Virus record (IMG/VR): IMGVR_UViG_3300028844_006119
Span: 32,001 to 96,000 of that record
Source: a virus
Reading direction: 5' to 3' (one strand)
DNA length: 64,000 nt
Every line of letters starts with the position of its first letter. The first letter of the stretch is position 1. A program made the position numbers and the translations under genes. This document shows, one piece after another, positions 8,999-18,943 of this stretch. Under the pieces are notes generated by a model. It was given only the letters and a program-made list of their open reading frames with translations, did no database searches and was not told the DNA's origin.

Positions 8999-9648
8999 GC
9001 GACTTCCCCCTTTTGGCCGTCAACCAGGTGGCCCATGTAGACAACATCGATTTCTTCGGAGGGGGCTCGTCGGGGATCTTGTCGATGGATATTCGGGGCA
9101 GGGACTTTAAGGGCCTAAATGCCGTAATAATCAACGGCCACAGGTCCCCTACCTTTGTCGTCTTGAGTGACACTCGGCTCCTTGCGGATGTACCGAGAAG
9201 TCAGCTGGGAGGGCCAATTAGGACTATCACAGTGCTAAAGTCGGATGCGTCAACGTCATCCCAAGGATCAGTCATTAGTTTTGAAGCTGTGGGGACCGCC
9301 ACAGTAGTGCCTTCGTCTACATTCCTAGTCCAGAAGGTCCTGAAGTATTTATTCACCACCCCCGGGTCAGATATCTTTTCCCCCACTTCCGGAAGCGGGC
9401 TGCTGGGGCTGCTGGGAACCACGGAGACCGCAGCAGAAAGCCTGGCGCTCCTCGCCAGGCTTCGGGTAAGGGAAGCCCTTTCCCAGATTATACAGGACCA
9501 GGCCCTCTCGTCCGCCCCGATAGAGGAGAAGGTTCAGTCGATAGAGGTCCTCTCCGCGTCATTCAGCAGGACGGATACCTCGCTGGACATTAGACTGGCT
9601 GTGATATCTATGGCCGGGCAGCGAGTCGTAGCGGGCCTAACCATCTAA
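8995..9648 (+). CDS. Baseplate wedge/sheath initiator (T4 gp25-like) with an N-terminal IPT/TIG-like segment
   Basis: LVQKVLKYLFTTPGSDIFSPTSGSGL matches the gp25/GPW pattern; immediately upstream of the baseplate J-like gene. Confidence 0.7.
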   Translation: MSDFPLLAVNQVAHVDNIDFFGGGSSGILSMDIRGRDFKGLNAVIINGHRSPTFVVLSDTRLLADVPRSQLGGPIRTITVLKSDASTSSQGSVISFEAVGTATVVPSSTFLVQKVLKYLFTTPGSDIFSPTSGSGLLGLLGTTETAAESLALLARLRVREALSQIIQDQALSSAPIEEKVQSIEVLSASFSRTDTSLDIRLAVISMAGQRVVAGLTI

Positions 9649-9659
9649 GGAAAATTTCC

Positions 9660-12600
9660 ATGGCAAACACGGATAGCCAGGCCCAGCAAATCAAAGATCT
9701 TCTCGTCGAGAAGATGGAGGCCTATGACCCTACGCTGAACACCGCGCAGGGAAGTGCATTCTACGCTCAAGTAGTTGCCCCGGTATTTTCTGCGATGGGG
9801 GTGGACCCCTTCGATACAGATATCGAGGAGTTTCTACTCACTCGGCTGCGCCAGGAGTTCCCTTCCATGCCTGCGGAGAAGGGGGACGCGGTAGTAGACC
9901 TCCTGATTCGCCCCCTCCAGCTGCTGCTGGAGAGCTTCAAGCGAGAGCTGCAGATCATCCGGGCCGGGCAGTCGGTCAACAATTCCGATGTGATGAGGCT
10001 AGCTGACGCGGAGGACTTGGCCGCTAACTTCTTCGTCACGCGAAGGACCGGAACGCGGGCCTCCGGGATTGTCCGTCTGTACTTCAATCAGCCTACATTT
10101 GTCTCGATCCTGGTGACCACCCAGTTTCGGACAGGTGAGGGGCTGGCCTTCTTCCCCAATATCCCGCAGTTTTTCCGCGCAGAAACGGTGTCGGTGCAGA
10201 GGAGTGGGGACCAGTACTACATCGACATTACGGTTGTCGCTGAGGACGAGGGGGAGGAGTACAACGTCGAGGCGAACACCATCACCTCGGTGTCAGGCAT
10301 TAACGGCATCTCCCGAGTAACTAACCTCTTCGAGTTTGGGGGAGGGAGCATTGCCGAGACTGGGCCAGAACTACTGTCCCGGACAAAGGCTTCCCTGACC
10401 GAAAGAAGCCTCAATACTCGTCGCGGCATCCGGGCTCGGATGTTCTCTGAGTTTACTGACATCCGAAACATGGAAGTTGTTGGGTACGGGGACCCGGAGA
10501 TGAAGAGGGACCGCATCACCGGTGGCGGAGGGATGGATAATGTCTGCTCGGGCATGTGCTTCATCGTTGGCCGGTACGCGATGCTGTTCACCATGTTCGA
10601 GGACCACGGAGTAGATGCTGACCGGTTCCTGAAGGACGGAGACACTCTGGATTTGAACTTCTGGAAGTTTTTGTATGCGCCAAGCAAAGAAAAGGCCATG
10701 CAGAGGTTTGCAGTAGAAAGTGTCATCTACAACTCCGCCGGGGACCTAGAGAACATCCCAACCGTGTATTTGGTGAAGCTGGACGATGCCCCGGACATGG
10801 ACGTACCGGTGGCCAGTGCGCTGCCTGGCGTCCTCCCAGGGGTGTTCTTTACTGGCTACTCCACGGCCACCATCACGATCTCCGGGATCCCGGGGGGAAT
10901 CACCAACCCGGACGACGAGGGCCGCATTTTGGTGGAGGACGGGGCCGTTCACATTGGCGGGCACTACGATGTGTACGTCAGGCCTTCTAGCTCAAATTCC
11001 GGCACGGCCAGCACCTCTATCGAGAGAGGGAAGTTTGCCCTTCATGAGGGGACAGACCTGGTGACCTCGGGAGAGATCTCTGCTCCGTTGCTGCTGACTG
11101 AGGGACATCTATCCAACAAAGTCCACGCCCGCCTTCGCTTGTTTATCGTACCGATCAGCGGCACCTTAGGAGAGGGAGAGGTCATCACGCAGTTTGATGG
11201 GTCTGGGGTCCTAGAGGACGACACCTCAGCTTACCTTCTCGACCTTGACCTGTCCGAGGGGTACGCAGACCTGGCGGCACTTACCTCCGACAATGAGTGG
11301 ACCGCAGGCCGGTACATCAAGGGTCGGACCAGTGGGGCCACCGCAAGAATCATTTCAATTTCGCAGACCCTCTGGAGTGACCTCGGAGTCACCCACGGTA
11401 TGACGCTCAACGTCATCAATGGCGCAGACGCCGGAGTCTACAAAATCCTGGATGTGCGTGGGATTGAGCTCGTACTAGACCTCGAGATGACAGTCCTGGG
11501 GCAGGGGTACCGGTATCGGATCACGGATGAGAGCAGCGTAGACGTATTCAACCCGCAGTTTCAGATCTTTCCGTTTGCGGAGGCTACCGCGAACGACCTG
11601 TCTACGGTCATTGGCACTCCCACGGTTCGGGTCTACCAGGATCTGAGCCTGTACGGAGTGGCCACTGGGCACATCCTAGAGATCCTGTCGGGAGACAACA
11701 AAGGCGAGTACACCATCCAGGGATTCGATGACATTCTGGGCCCACAGGCACCGATCTTAGATCGGGTTCTTCGCGCCACGGACTCTGACCTTGAGTACCG
11801 AATCTTCAAGGCAGGAGTCGGCCTCACTGCGCCGCTCATTAGGATCTCCCCCGGAGGAGTGGAAGCACTAGACGCCTCGGGGCAGAGCTCTGGGTTCGTT
11901 ATCCCTCCGTCGGAGTCTGTCGGAGCAGAAGCTCACGCCGCCTTCTCGGGAGCCAAGGCCGCTTATCTGGGGCTGAACGGGTTTGTTCTCCCGGACCCTG
12001 GCCCGACCTGGATGCCTTCGGCAAATACTGTCGTAGACATCGACACCATGGATCCCGCCACTCTGGCGTACATTGAGCAGTACTACGGAACCCCAGCAGA
12101 TTGCTATTCCCGGGGCTGCACAGAATACGAAGACTCCTACATTGCGGTCATCAACATCGTAGATATGCCTAACGGTAGCGGCGGACACGACATTCGAGTG
12201 CACCTGGACCTGGACCTGCCTACAGAAGCTACTGCATTTCTGCAGACCCTGCGTACCTGGTTGGTCAGCATTGTTGACAGCTTTGAGATGGGAGACGATT
12301 TCCGGTCCCTAATCGACCTTTTTGCTCCCGTGTCGTTGGATGCAGTAGATACGACATCCTGGAACATCATCGCGCAGTACGAGGTGTTGATTCCCCAGGA
12401 GATTTTTGACGGATGCAACAACGTCTTCGTGGCGATTCCTGAATACAACTGGGGCAACGAGTTCGGTAACGACGTCACGTTCCAGGACGCGATGGACAAG
12501 TACAACAACGGAGAGCTCAAGGGGGGCAAGCCCGCGCTGACTAAGGCGGCCCCGGGGAGCGCCCTGACGGTCCTATCGGGTGCAAATGCCGGGTCTTACG

Positions 12601-15600
12601 TCATCAACAAGGTGTACCGCTACTCGTTGGTGAACGGAGGAGCGATCAACACCGCAGGAACGGATGGATTTGCAGGGGCCGACTCCGACGACTACATCAA
12701 CAAGAACAAGATGTTCGAGATCGTGCTTGTCTGCATTGATGATGGCTTCCCAGTAGAGCCGTTTAAGGGCCTTGCTGAGTACTTTGACCTGCCAGCGTCT
12801 ACAGCTCTGGCACTTCCCGCCCCGCCAGCGTTCAATGTGCAGTCAATGGTCAGAACTGGGGCCGACGCAGGCACAGTTCTGGGCCCATGGGAAGTGGTCC
12901 AGCAGGCCATGACCTGGCTCTTCCAGTTCCTGACCTCCGCAGGGTTTGACGTTCCAGAAGAGTTCGTCGTCACGCCGGACTCGGTGCTAAAGAAGCTGAC
13001 CCAGACGTTCTTCGTGGACTACGTCGTAGGAGATACAACATGCGAGCAGATCACTCGTATGAAGTTCCTGGAGCCTACGTCTGTGACTGCGTATGGGAAC
13101 CGGCCCTGCTTTAACTACACCTGGTACGAGACGGACACCACTGCCGCGTCCATTACTTCGGGAGTCATCACCCTGCCGCTAGCAGGCCTTGATGGGGCGG
13201 AACTCGTCTTCTCTCTTGAGACCCTAGGCTCCAAGGAGCAGGTGTCGGCCACCCTGAGCACCTCCATCTCTACCGAGGAAGACCCGGCCACTTTTGTGTC
13301 TCTGCTTCAGAGCGAGATGGACGCCGATAGCGCCAAGCTTCTGTTCACCTATGAGCAGGTCGGGGATCACACGCTCACGTTGACAGTGACGAGCGTCCAG
13401 GAAGGCATTGACGTAAAAATCTCCGGGGATGCCGACCAGGCAACGGACGCTACTCGCCTCATTGGATTCAGCGAGGCGGGCGCAGACTTCACGGAGATTA
13501 CTCTCAACGACCCCGGAGTGGCATACACCCCCAAATCCGTACCGGAGAGGGGAGAACAGCAAGCGAAAGTAATATTCAGCCTCTTGGGGACCACGTACGG
13601 GGTGGCCTTCACCGGAGCCCTAAGCGACTTCGGATCCCCGGAAGTAGGGGACACGATCACAGACAACGCCGGGCAAGCGGTTAATATCGTGGGCATGGTG
13701 CAGTCCACCGATGACGGCAAAGTCCTGTTTCTGCATGACACCGCAGCTCTCGGAGTAGGGCCCTATGTGATCAACGCGGTATCCTACGCGGTATCCTCCC
13801 TTGTCCACTCCTCCATAAACGGAGGCAGCCTCACTATCGCGGCCGCAGCCACGGACGGGGTCGCGGATACCGGGGGACTGGCCAGCCAGCTCACTTCGGG
13901 GGAGTATGCGACACTGGCTTCCCTATCCCTGGGAGTCTCCTCTTCGGCGGTAGGCCAGAAAGCGATCATCGAGGCCTTCGGGACAGGTGAAGTCACCTCT
14001 TCGGCCAAAGCCTGGATCTTTGACGAGATTATGCGGGCCCCCGCATATGCTACGGAGTTCCCGTCTTACGACCTCGGGGATGCCGGGATCACCGTTTATT
14101 GGTCAGAAGACATTAGTGTGGCCTCGGCAGCTGTGGATTCGGGAACGGCCCTGTCCATGACAATTACGTGCGGAAATCTGCCCACATTGCTGTCCTCAGT
14201 GGTCATCGGGACTGCGTCCCTGGGGCCCGGGTACGCGTACTTCGGGTACTCCGCGTTTACCGTCAGTGGGTCGACGTCCACTGACCTGTTGACCTACTCG
14301 GACTATTCTTTTTACGGAGAAGTAGACGGCGCAGGCTGGGGCAGCTCTTTCGAGCCCTCTTCGGTGTCAGAGGTCGACGCCCTATTGGGGCTATTAAACG
14401 CGTCTGTCGGCAGCAGCTACGACGTAGAGACTATTGTTCAGTCCCTCAACGCCCACAGCACGATCCCCTTCTTGGACAGTGATGGCACTGCGCGGGCTGT
14501 CCTGTTCTACGTCCCGGTAGACTCCTCGGCCTTCCTGCAAGTTGGAGGGGAGAGCACCATAGGAGTTCGAGCTCTGAGCCCCCTGACTGCCGGGTTCGGG
14601 GTCACGATGGACTCTGTAACCATTCCCGCTGCTTCGTCGTTTGCAGGGGGGACTTCGGACTACCCAATCAGATCCGCAGGCACAAGTGCTACCGGGGAGT
14701 CTCACACGGTCTACATGCACCCGACAGCGCCCACTCTGTTCTCTGCTACGGCGGGGGCAGCGGAGCTGCTGTACGTAGCTACTGGGTCCGAAGCTCCGTT
14801 CCAGGTCTTCCCAGGAGAGACATCTTCCGGGAAGATTGCTCCCAAGGATCTGTACCGGGATCTAAACCTCTCTACCCATTACGCCGATGCGAAGACCTTT
14901 ACTGCGACTTTCTCGTCTGAGGGCTACGCATCTCCCCTGCTGGCAGGGGTTCGGACCGGGACAGACATTCTCAGGGTCTACGAGCAGAAGGTAAGCCTTG
15001 CAGTAGCCGGCTCGGGCGGCGAAGTTCTGCCTGAGAAGTTCGACCGTGTGGTAGCCGTACAGTCTACCTACGGGTCCTCCGTCATCAACCTGCCCACTCT
15101 CAACACAGGGGCCAACGAGTTCACCTTCTTGAGCGCGTCTTCGGACCTTGAGCGGGATGAGATCGTCCCGGGAGACATTCTGTTCATCGAGGAGGGAGAT
15201 GACCTAGGCGCATACATCGTCCAGTCTGTCTCTGACACGTCGATCACTCTCGACAGGGGCCTGACAACTACCACCGTGCAGATGTACAAGGCGGGCAACG
15301 ACGGAAGCATTGACTCCGGGACGGCATTTACAGACACCAATGCCCCGTTTACTGCGGATGATGTTGGAAGGCATCTGACTATCTTCTGCTCCAACTATGA
15401 GGGCGTAGACGGCAGCTACCAAATCACCGCCGTCACAGACAGCGCCACCGTTGAGCTCGATATCCCGGACGGGGCTTTCCCGGTCACGGAGACCGGAGTT
15501 CACTACGCCGTAGTCAAGGCTCCTATTGACGATCTAGGAGATTCGGACATCGAGGGGGCGACTGCGCTCCACGGTCTGGTGCCGATCCGGATCTACAACC

Positions 15601-16544
15601 ACATCCCCACAGAGTGGCGGGTGGCGTCCTATCACCCGACGGTTTCCCGGGCATCCTCTGATCTCATCTGCACCTATGCTGGAGCTAATTACCCCGCAGA
15701 TAACGCTCATATTCGGGACTTGAGCTACGGCCCGGTACGGGGCTATCTGCAGCCCTATGAGATTGTCCGAGAGAAGGTCGTCCACATCTCGTCCACAGCC
15801 ATGAAGGCCCAGGGAAGAGACAACGGCTTGTACTACTTTGACGTGCGGACAAAGTCCCTTGGAGGCGACTCCGTCTACAACATCCCAAAGGAGACGCCCC
15901 TTACGCCCATCTTCGGTACATATTCCGCCGAAGGCTACCGGATGGAGGTAGCGGACCCTCTGTTCTCTTACTCCCTGAAGGAGCGGGCAACTCTGCACTT
16001 CACATCCAGGTTCCTGCCGGCAGATCTCAATGATATTGAGGACAACAAGGTAAGCATTGAGGGGCTCTCAATGAATATCAAGCACGAGTACTCCGCCCTC
16101 GTCTCCTCAGTTCAGTCTCTGCTCCTGTCATCGGACAACCGGACACTATGCGCCGATCCTCTGGCTCGGCATTTCCTGCCCTCATACGTGTACTTCGACG
16201 TGTCCGCTTCAGGAGGCAACGCCTCTATGGGCAACGCGATTGCGAGCTATATCGACGGACTGGAGCCGGATGAGAGACTGGATGTGTCCATCTTTGAGAA
16301 GTACCTCCATCAGTATGAGGTCACCTCGTATTCCCATCCGCTGACTGTCCAGATCATCACATATGACTTGGACCGGAAGGCGGTGCTAACGAAGTCCCAC
16401 GATGGCATCGGAGGCAGAGAGGACGAGGCGGACTTTAATGGCAGCCACAGGACTACCTACTACATTCCTGGAGAGGTCCGGACAGATTCCGAAGAGACAG
16501 ATATTCCTGACGGAGAGCGCATCTACATCAAGGGGAGAAGCTAG
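9660..16544 (+). CDS. Giant baseplate J / gp6-like wedge protein (2294 aa)
   Basis: AAGGA RBS; LAANFFVTRRTGTRASGIVRLYF, AEDEGEEYNVEANTI, VTN..FGGGSIAETGPELLSR, HIGGHYDVYVR. Confidence 0.75.
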   Translation: MANTDSQAQQIKDLLVEKMEAYDPTLNTAQGSAFYAQVVAPVFSAMGVDPFDTDIEEFLLTRLRQEFPSMPAEKGDAVVDLLIRPLQLLLESFKRELQIIRAGQSVNNSDVMRLADAEDLAANFFVTRRTGTRASGIVRLYFNQPTFVSILVTTQFRTGEGLAFFPNIPQFFRAETVSVQRSGDQYYIDITVVAEDEGEEYNVEANTITSVSGINGISRVTNLFEFGGGSIAETGPELLSRTKASLTERSLNTRRGIRARMFSEFTDIRNMEVVGYGDPEMKRDRITGGGGMDNVCSGMCFIVGRYAMLFTMFEDHGVDADRFLKDGDTLDLNFWKFLYAPSKEKAMQRFAVESVIYNSAGDLENIPTVYLVKLDDAPDMDVPVASALPGVLPGVFFTGYSTATITISGIPGGITNPDDEGRILVEDGAVHIGGHYDVYVRPSSSNSGTASTSIERGKFALHEGTDLVTSGEISAPLLLTEGHLSNKVHARLRLFIVPISGTLGEGEVITQFDGSGVLEDDTSAYLLDLDLSEGYADLAALTSDNEWTAGRYIKGRTSGATARIISISQTLWSDLGVTHGMTLNVINGADAGVYKILDVRGIELVLDLEMTVLGQGYRYRITDESSVDVFNPQFQIFPFAEATANDLSTVIGTPTVRVYQDLSLYGVATGHILEILSGDNKGEYTIQGFDDILGPQAPILDRVLRATDSDLEYRIFKAGVGLTAPLIRISPGGVEALDASGQSSGFVIPPSESVGAEAHAAFSGAKAAYLGLNGFVLPDPGPTWMPSANTVVDIDTMDPATLAYIEQYYGTPADCYSRGCTEYEDSYIAVINIVDMPNGSGGHDIRVHLDLDLPTEATAFLQTLRTWLVSIVDSFEMGDDFRSLIDLFAPVSLDAVDTTSWNIIAQYEVLIPQEIFDGCNNVFVAIPEYNWGNEFGNDVTFQDAMDKYNNGELKGGKPALTKAAPGSALTVLSGANAGSYVINKVYRYSLVNGGAINTAGTDGFAGADSDDYINKNKMFEIVLVCIDDGFPVEPFKGLAEYFDLPASTALALPAPPAFNVQSMVRTGADAGTVLGPWEVVQQAMTWLFQFLTSAGFDVPEEFVVTPDSVLKKLTQTFFVDYVVGDTTCEQITRMKFLEPTSVTAYGNRPCFNYTWYETDTTAASITSGVITLPLAGLDGAELVFSLETLGSKEQVSATLSTSISTEEDPATFVSLLQSEMDADSAKLLFTYEQVGDHTLTLTVTSVQEGIDVKISGDADQATDATRLIGFSEAGADFTEITLNDPGVAYTPKSVPERGEQQAKVIFSLLGTTYGVAFTGALSDFGSPEVGDTITDNAGQAVNIVGMVQSTDDGKVLFLHDTAALGVGPYVINAVSYAVSSLVHSSINGGSLTIAAAATDGVADTGGLASQLTSGEYATLASLSLGVSSSAVGQKAIIEAFGTGEVTSSAKAWIFDEIMRAPAYATEFPSYDLGDAGITVYWSEDISVASAAVDSGTALSMTITCGNLPTLLSSVVIGTASLGPGYAYFGYSAFTVSGSTSTDLLTYSDYSFYGEVDGAGWGSSFEPSSVSEVDALLGLLNASVGSSYDVETIVQSLNAHSTIPFLDSDGTARAVLFYVPVDSSAFLQVGGESTIGVRALSPLTAGFGVTMDSVTIPAASSFAGGTSDYPIRSAGTSATGESHTVYMHPTAPTLFSATAGAAELLYVATGSEAPFQVFPGETSSGKIAPKDLYRDLNLSTHYADAKTFTATFSSEGYASPLLAGVRTGTDILRVYEQKVSLAVAGSGGEVLPEKFDRVVAVQSTYGSSVINLPTLNTGANEFTFLSASSDLERDEIVPGDILFIEEGDDLGAYIVQSVSDTSITLDRGLTTTTVQMYKAGNDGSIDSGTAFTDTNAPFTADDVGRHLTIFCSNYEGVDGSYQITAVTDSATVELDIPDGAFPVTETGVHYAVVKAPIDDLGDSDIEGATALHGLVPIRIYNHIPTEWRVASYHPTVSRASSDLICTYAGANYPADNAHIRDLSYGPVRGYLQPYEIVREKVVHISSTAMKAQGRDNGLYYFDVRTKSLGGDSVYNIPKETPLTPIFGTYSAEGYRMEVADPLFSYSLKERATLHFTSRFLPADLNDIEDNKVSIEGLSMNIKHEYSALVSSVQSLLLSSDNRTLCADPLARHFLPSYVYFDVSASGGNASMGNAIASYIDGLEPDERLDVSIFEKYLHQYEVTSYSHPLTVQIITYDLDRKAVLTKSHDGIGGREDEADFNGSHRTTYYIPGEVRTDSEETDIPDGERIYIKGRS

Positions 16545-18943
16545 TGGCCTCCCCTTACGTAGAAAACCTCAAGCCTGGGGAGTCCGATACAGGAGTCAAC
16601 CCCGAGGGACTCCTGTATTTCGGAGTGCGTGACCTGGACTCGAGGATCAATCGGGCCTCGGTGAACAGCATAGCTACGTTCTCTAAGACTCAATATCTTC
16701 CTACGGCTATCCCCGGCAGCGTCAACACGTACTTTGATGTATTCAATGACGCCCTCCCAGAGTCACGCCCTGCTGGGACCGTGGAGAGGAGTATTGACGA
16801 AGAGGTCCCCTACGACTCCACCGGAGACACAGTCCTCGACAGTACGTACGGCCCCGTTCTCCTAGTCGAGAAGGCAGTGAATGGGGAAGCTACTGAGCGA
16901 GGGGTGCTATTCGTAGAGGCCGACATTTCCGAGACATCTCCGGTGGGCTGCGAGATTCAGGTAGGGATTCAGAGCTACACCCCGTCCTCCGCCGACTACT
17001 TCGCCGATGCTACATACACGGGAGTCGTTGCGGGCTTTGTGTACTGGCCGCTGAATACTGGCGTCTTCGTCTTCTTTAAGGACGACGGAGGAACTCTGAA
17101 GATCGAGGTCGCAGGGCCGGCGCAGGATGGAGCAGGGACCCGGCTGGTGTCTACAACCACAGACTACGACTGGTCCACAAACCTGCACGCTCCCGACAGC
17201 ATCCGAGTGGTCCTGGACCCCACCAGCAGGCTCTCGAAGGTGTTCGTGTTCATCACCTCAGAGTCCGACGGTACCTACTCCGAGACTCTCCTGTTCGAGT
17301 CCACTCTTGAGGCGCTGGGCACTCTCCAGGCGGCGGCTCGGATCGGAAATTACTACGCAGAGGCTCCCCCCAATAAGGTCGTAGCATTCGCGGGCATCGA
17401 CTCCGGCCTGGTGGCGGACTTCGTGGAGATCCACAACATCAATGTCGAGGGGTACGGACTGTTCCTTCTTGGGGCTGGGTCGTCAGTTCCCACGTCCGTT
17501 GCGTCTCGCAGGCCCTCAGACTCCACAGTCGTCTCTGTCTACTCCGATACCCCGGAGTGGGACAGAGAGGAAGTCCTAGGTAGCGTCACAGAAACCGATA
17601 CAGCGTTCACCATCGAGAACTCAGATGCGGGCAACGCGGGCATCTACAAGGAGGACTCGGACCTCAGAAATGAGAGATTCCTGGTGGTCATGCAGGGCTC
17701 TGTGCGCTCATCTGTGCATGAGGGGTCCTTCAGTACTGGGGCGGGGATCGATATCGACGACGGGTCCAACGTGACCGCGATTCGATTTCTAGACGACTTC
17801 TCTACCTACCGGATCGGGCTGTGGGCTGTGCCGGGCTCAGACCTAAACAACACCAACAACTTCTCCGCAGTAGACAGTAGCTGGAATGAGACCACCCCTG
17901 AGGTCCTGGTGATTGCCGACGCGGCCCAGGGGTTCTGCAATGTCTGGGTCTCTGAGGACCCGGCCGTGGCAGTCTCGTCTCTGGATACTGTCTCGATAGC
18001 GCAGGCGTACTCTACGCAAGGGCCTAAGTACTCCGGCTTACCGAAGATGGGTGTGGGATTTGTAGACTCCGACGCTACTACTTTGGCCCACACGGGGTCA
18101 TTTACCCTCTCCAAGCTATTTGTTCTCCCGAACTTCCGGGCGTTTGTCCCTCATCTCCCTTCCGCCGTAGGAAATCTTCCTAGCAGCTCGGGATCTTGGA
18201 GCTCGTGGAGTGCTTACGGGTCAGCTACTCCAGGAGATTTCAGCACCGCCGTGGACGTCACTGATCCGGTCTGGGCCATCGTCCCTACTTCCCCTTCGAG
18301 CTACGACTACTACTCCATGCTCCTAACCGACTCCACCTACCTGGCAGGGGAGAGCGGGATCTCGGTCGTCGCCAAGATCCAGGTCAAAACATGGACCGAC
18401 CAGTTCGGGGCCGTGGACTCTATCCGAGTGCCTACGTGTGGGATCATTGCCATAGACGTGGGAGAGGGGCTATTCCTCCAACTACAGTGCCTCCTCTCCG
18501 ATACAGGAGAAAAATACATTTTCGTGTCAGAGGATGCCCAGGACTATGTGGAGGTCCTGAACCAAACAGAAGCAGGCCAGAAGATCTCTGCGCTAGTAGA
18601 CTTCGCGGAGCCCCACACCTATCTGGTGTCTTATCGCCCCGGCTACGGAGTTCAGGTGTTTGTAGACTTCGCCTCAGTCCCCGCTATCTCCTTGGCCTGG
18701 TCTGAGGAGTCGGCAGTCAAGAGATCAAGCGATTACCTATCTGCCGGGCAGACCGCGTCCGTGGGTGTGATCCCGTACTCGACCTCGGGGGAATCCGCCG
18801 AGCTGGAGATCGGAATTATCGGTGTATCTGTGGGCAGCGGCTTTGACTTCGCCACGAGGATGGTCGTCGAGGATGAGATACTGGAGTCGAGCATCTACGG
18901 AGCGGAAGCGAACATCTTCGTAGACGTCTCGGATGAGGACTAA
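16544..18943 (+). CDS. Virion structural protein (acidic, beta-rich, possibly lectin-like domains)
   Basis: 799 aa; GTG start overlapping the previous TAG; lies between baseplate genes. Confidence 0.6.
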   Translation: MASPYVENLKPGESDTGVNPEGLLYFGVRDLDSRINRASVNSIATFSKTQYLPTAIPGSVNTYFDVFNDALPESRPAGTVERSIDEEVPYDSTGDTVLDSTYGPVLLVEKAVNGEATERGVLFVEADISETSPVGCEIQVGIQSYTPSSADYFADATYTGVVAGFVYWPLNTGVFVFFKDDGGTLKIEVAGPAQDGAGTRLVSTTTDYDWSTNLHAPDSIRVVLDPTSRLSKVFVFITSESDGTYSETLLFESTLEALGTLQAAARIGNYYAEAPPNKVVAFAGIDSGLVADFVEIHNINVEGYGLFLLGAGSSVPTSVASRRPSDSTVVSVYSDTPEWDREEVLGSVTETDTAFTIENSDAGNAGIYKEDSDLRNERFLVVMQGSVRSSVHEGSFSTGAGIDIDDGSNVTAIRFLDDFSTYRIGLWAVPGSDLNNTNNFSAVDSSWNETTPEVLVIADAAQGFCNVWVSEDPAVAVSSLDTVSIAQAYSTQGPKYSGLPKMGVGFVDSDATTLAHTGSFTLSKLFVLPNFRAFVPHLPSAVGNLPSSSGSWSSWSAYGSATPGDFSTAVDVTDPVWAIVPTSPSSYDYYSMLLTDSTYLAGESGISVVAKIQVKTWTDQFGAVDSIRVPTCGIIAIDVGEGLFLQLQCLLSDTGEKYIFVSEDAQDYVEVLNQTEAGQKISALVDFAEPHTYLVSYRPGYGVQVFVDFASVPAISLAWSEESAVKRSSDYLSAGQTASVGVIPYSTSGESAELEIGIIGVSVGSGFDFATRMVVEDEILESSIYGAEANIFVDVSDED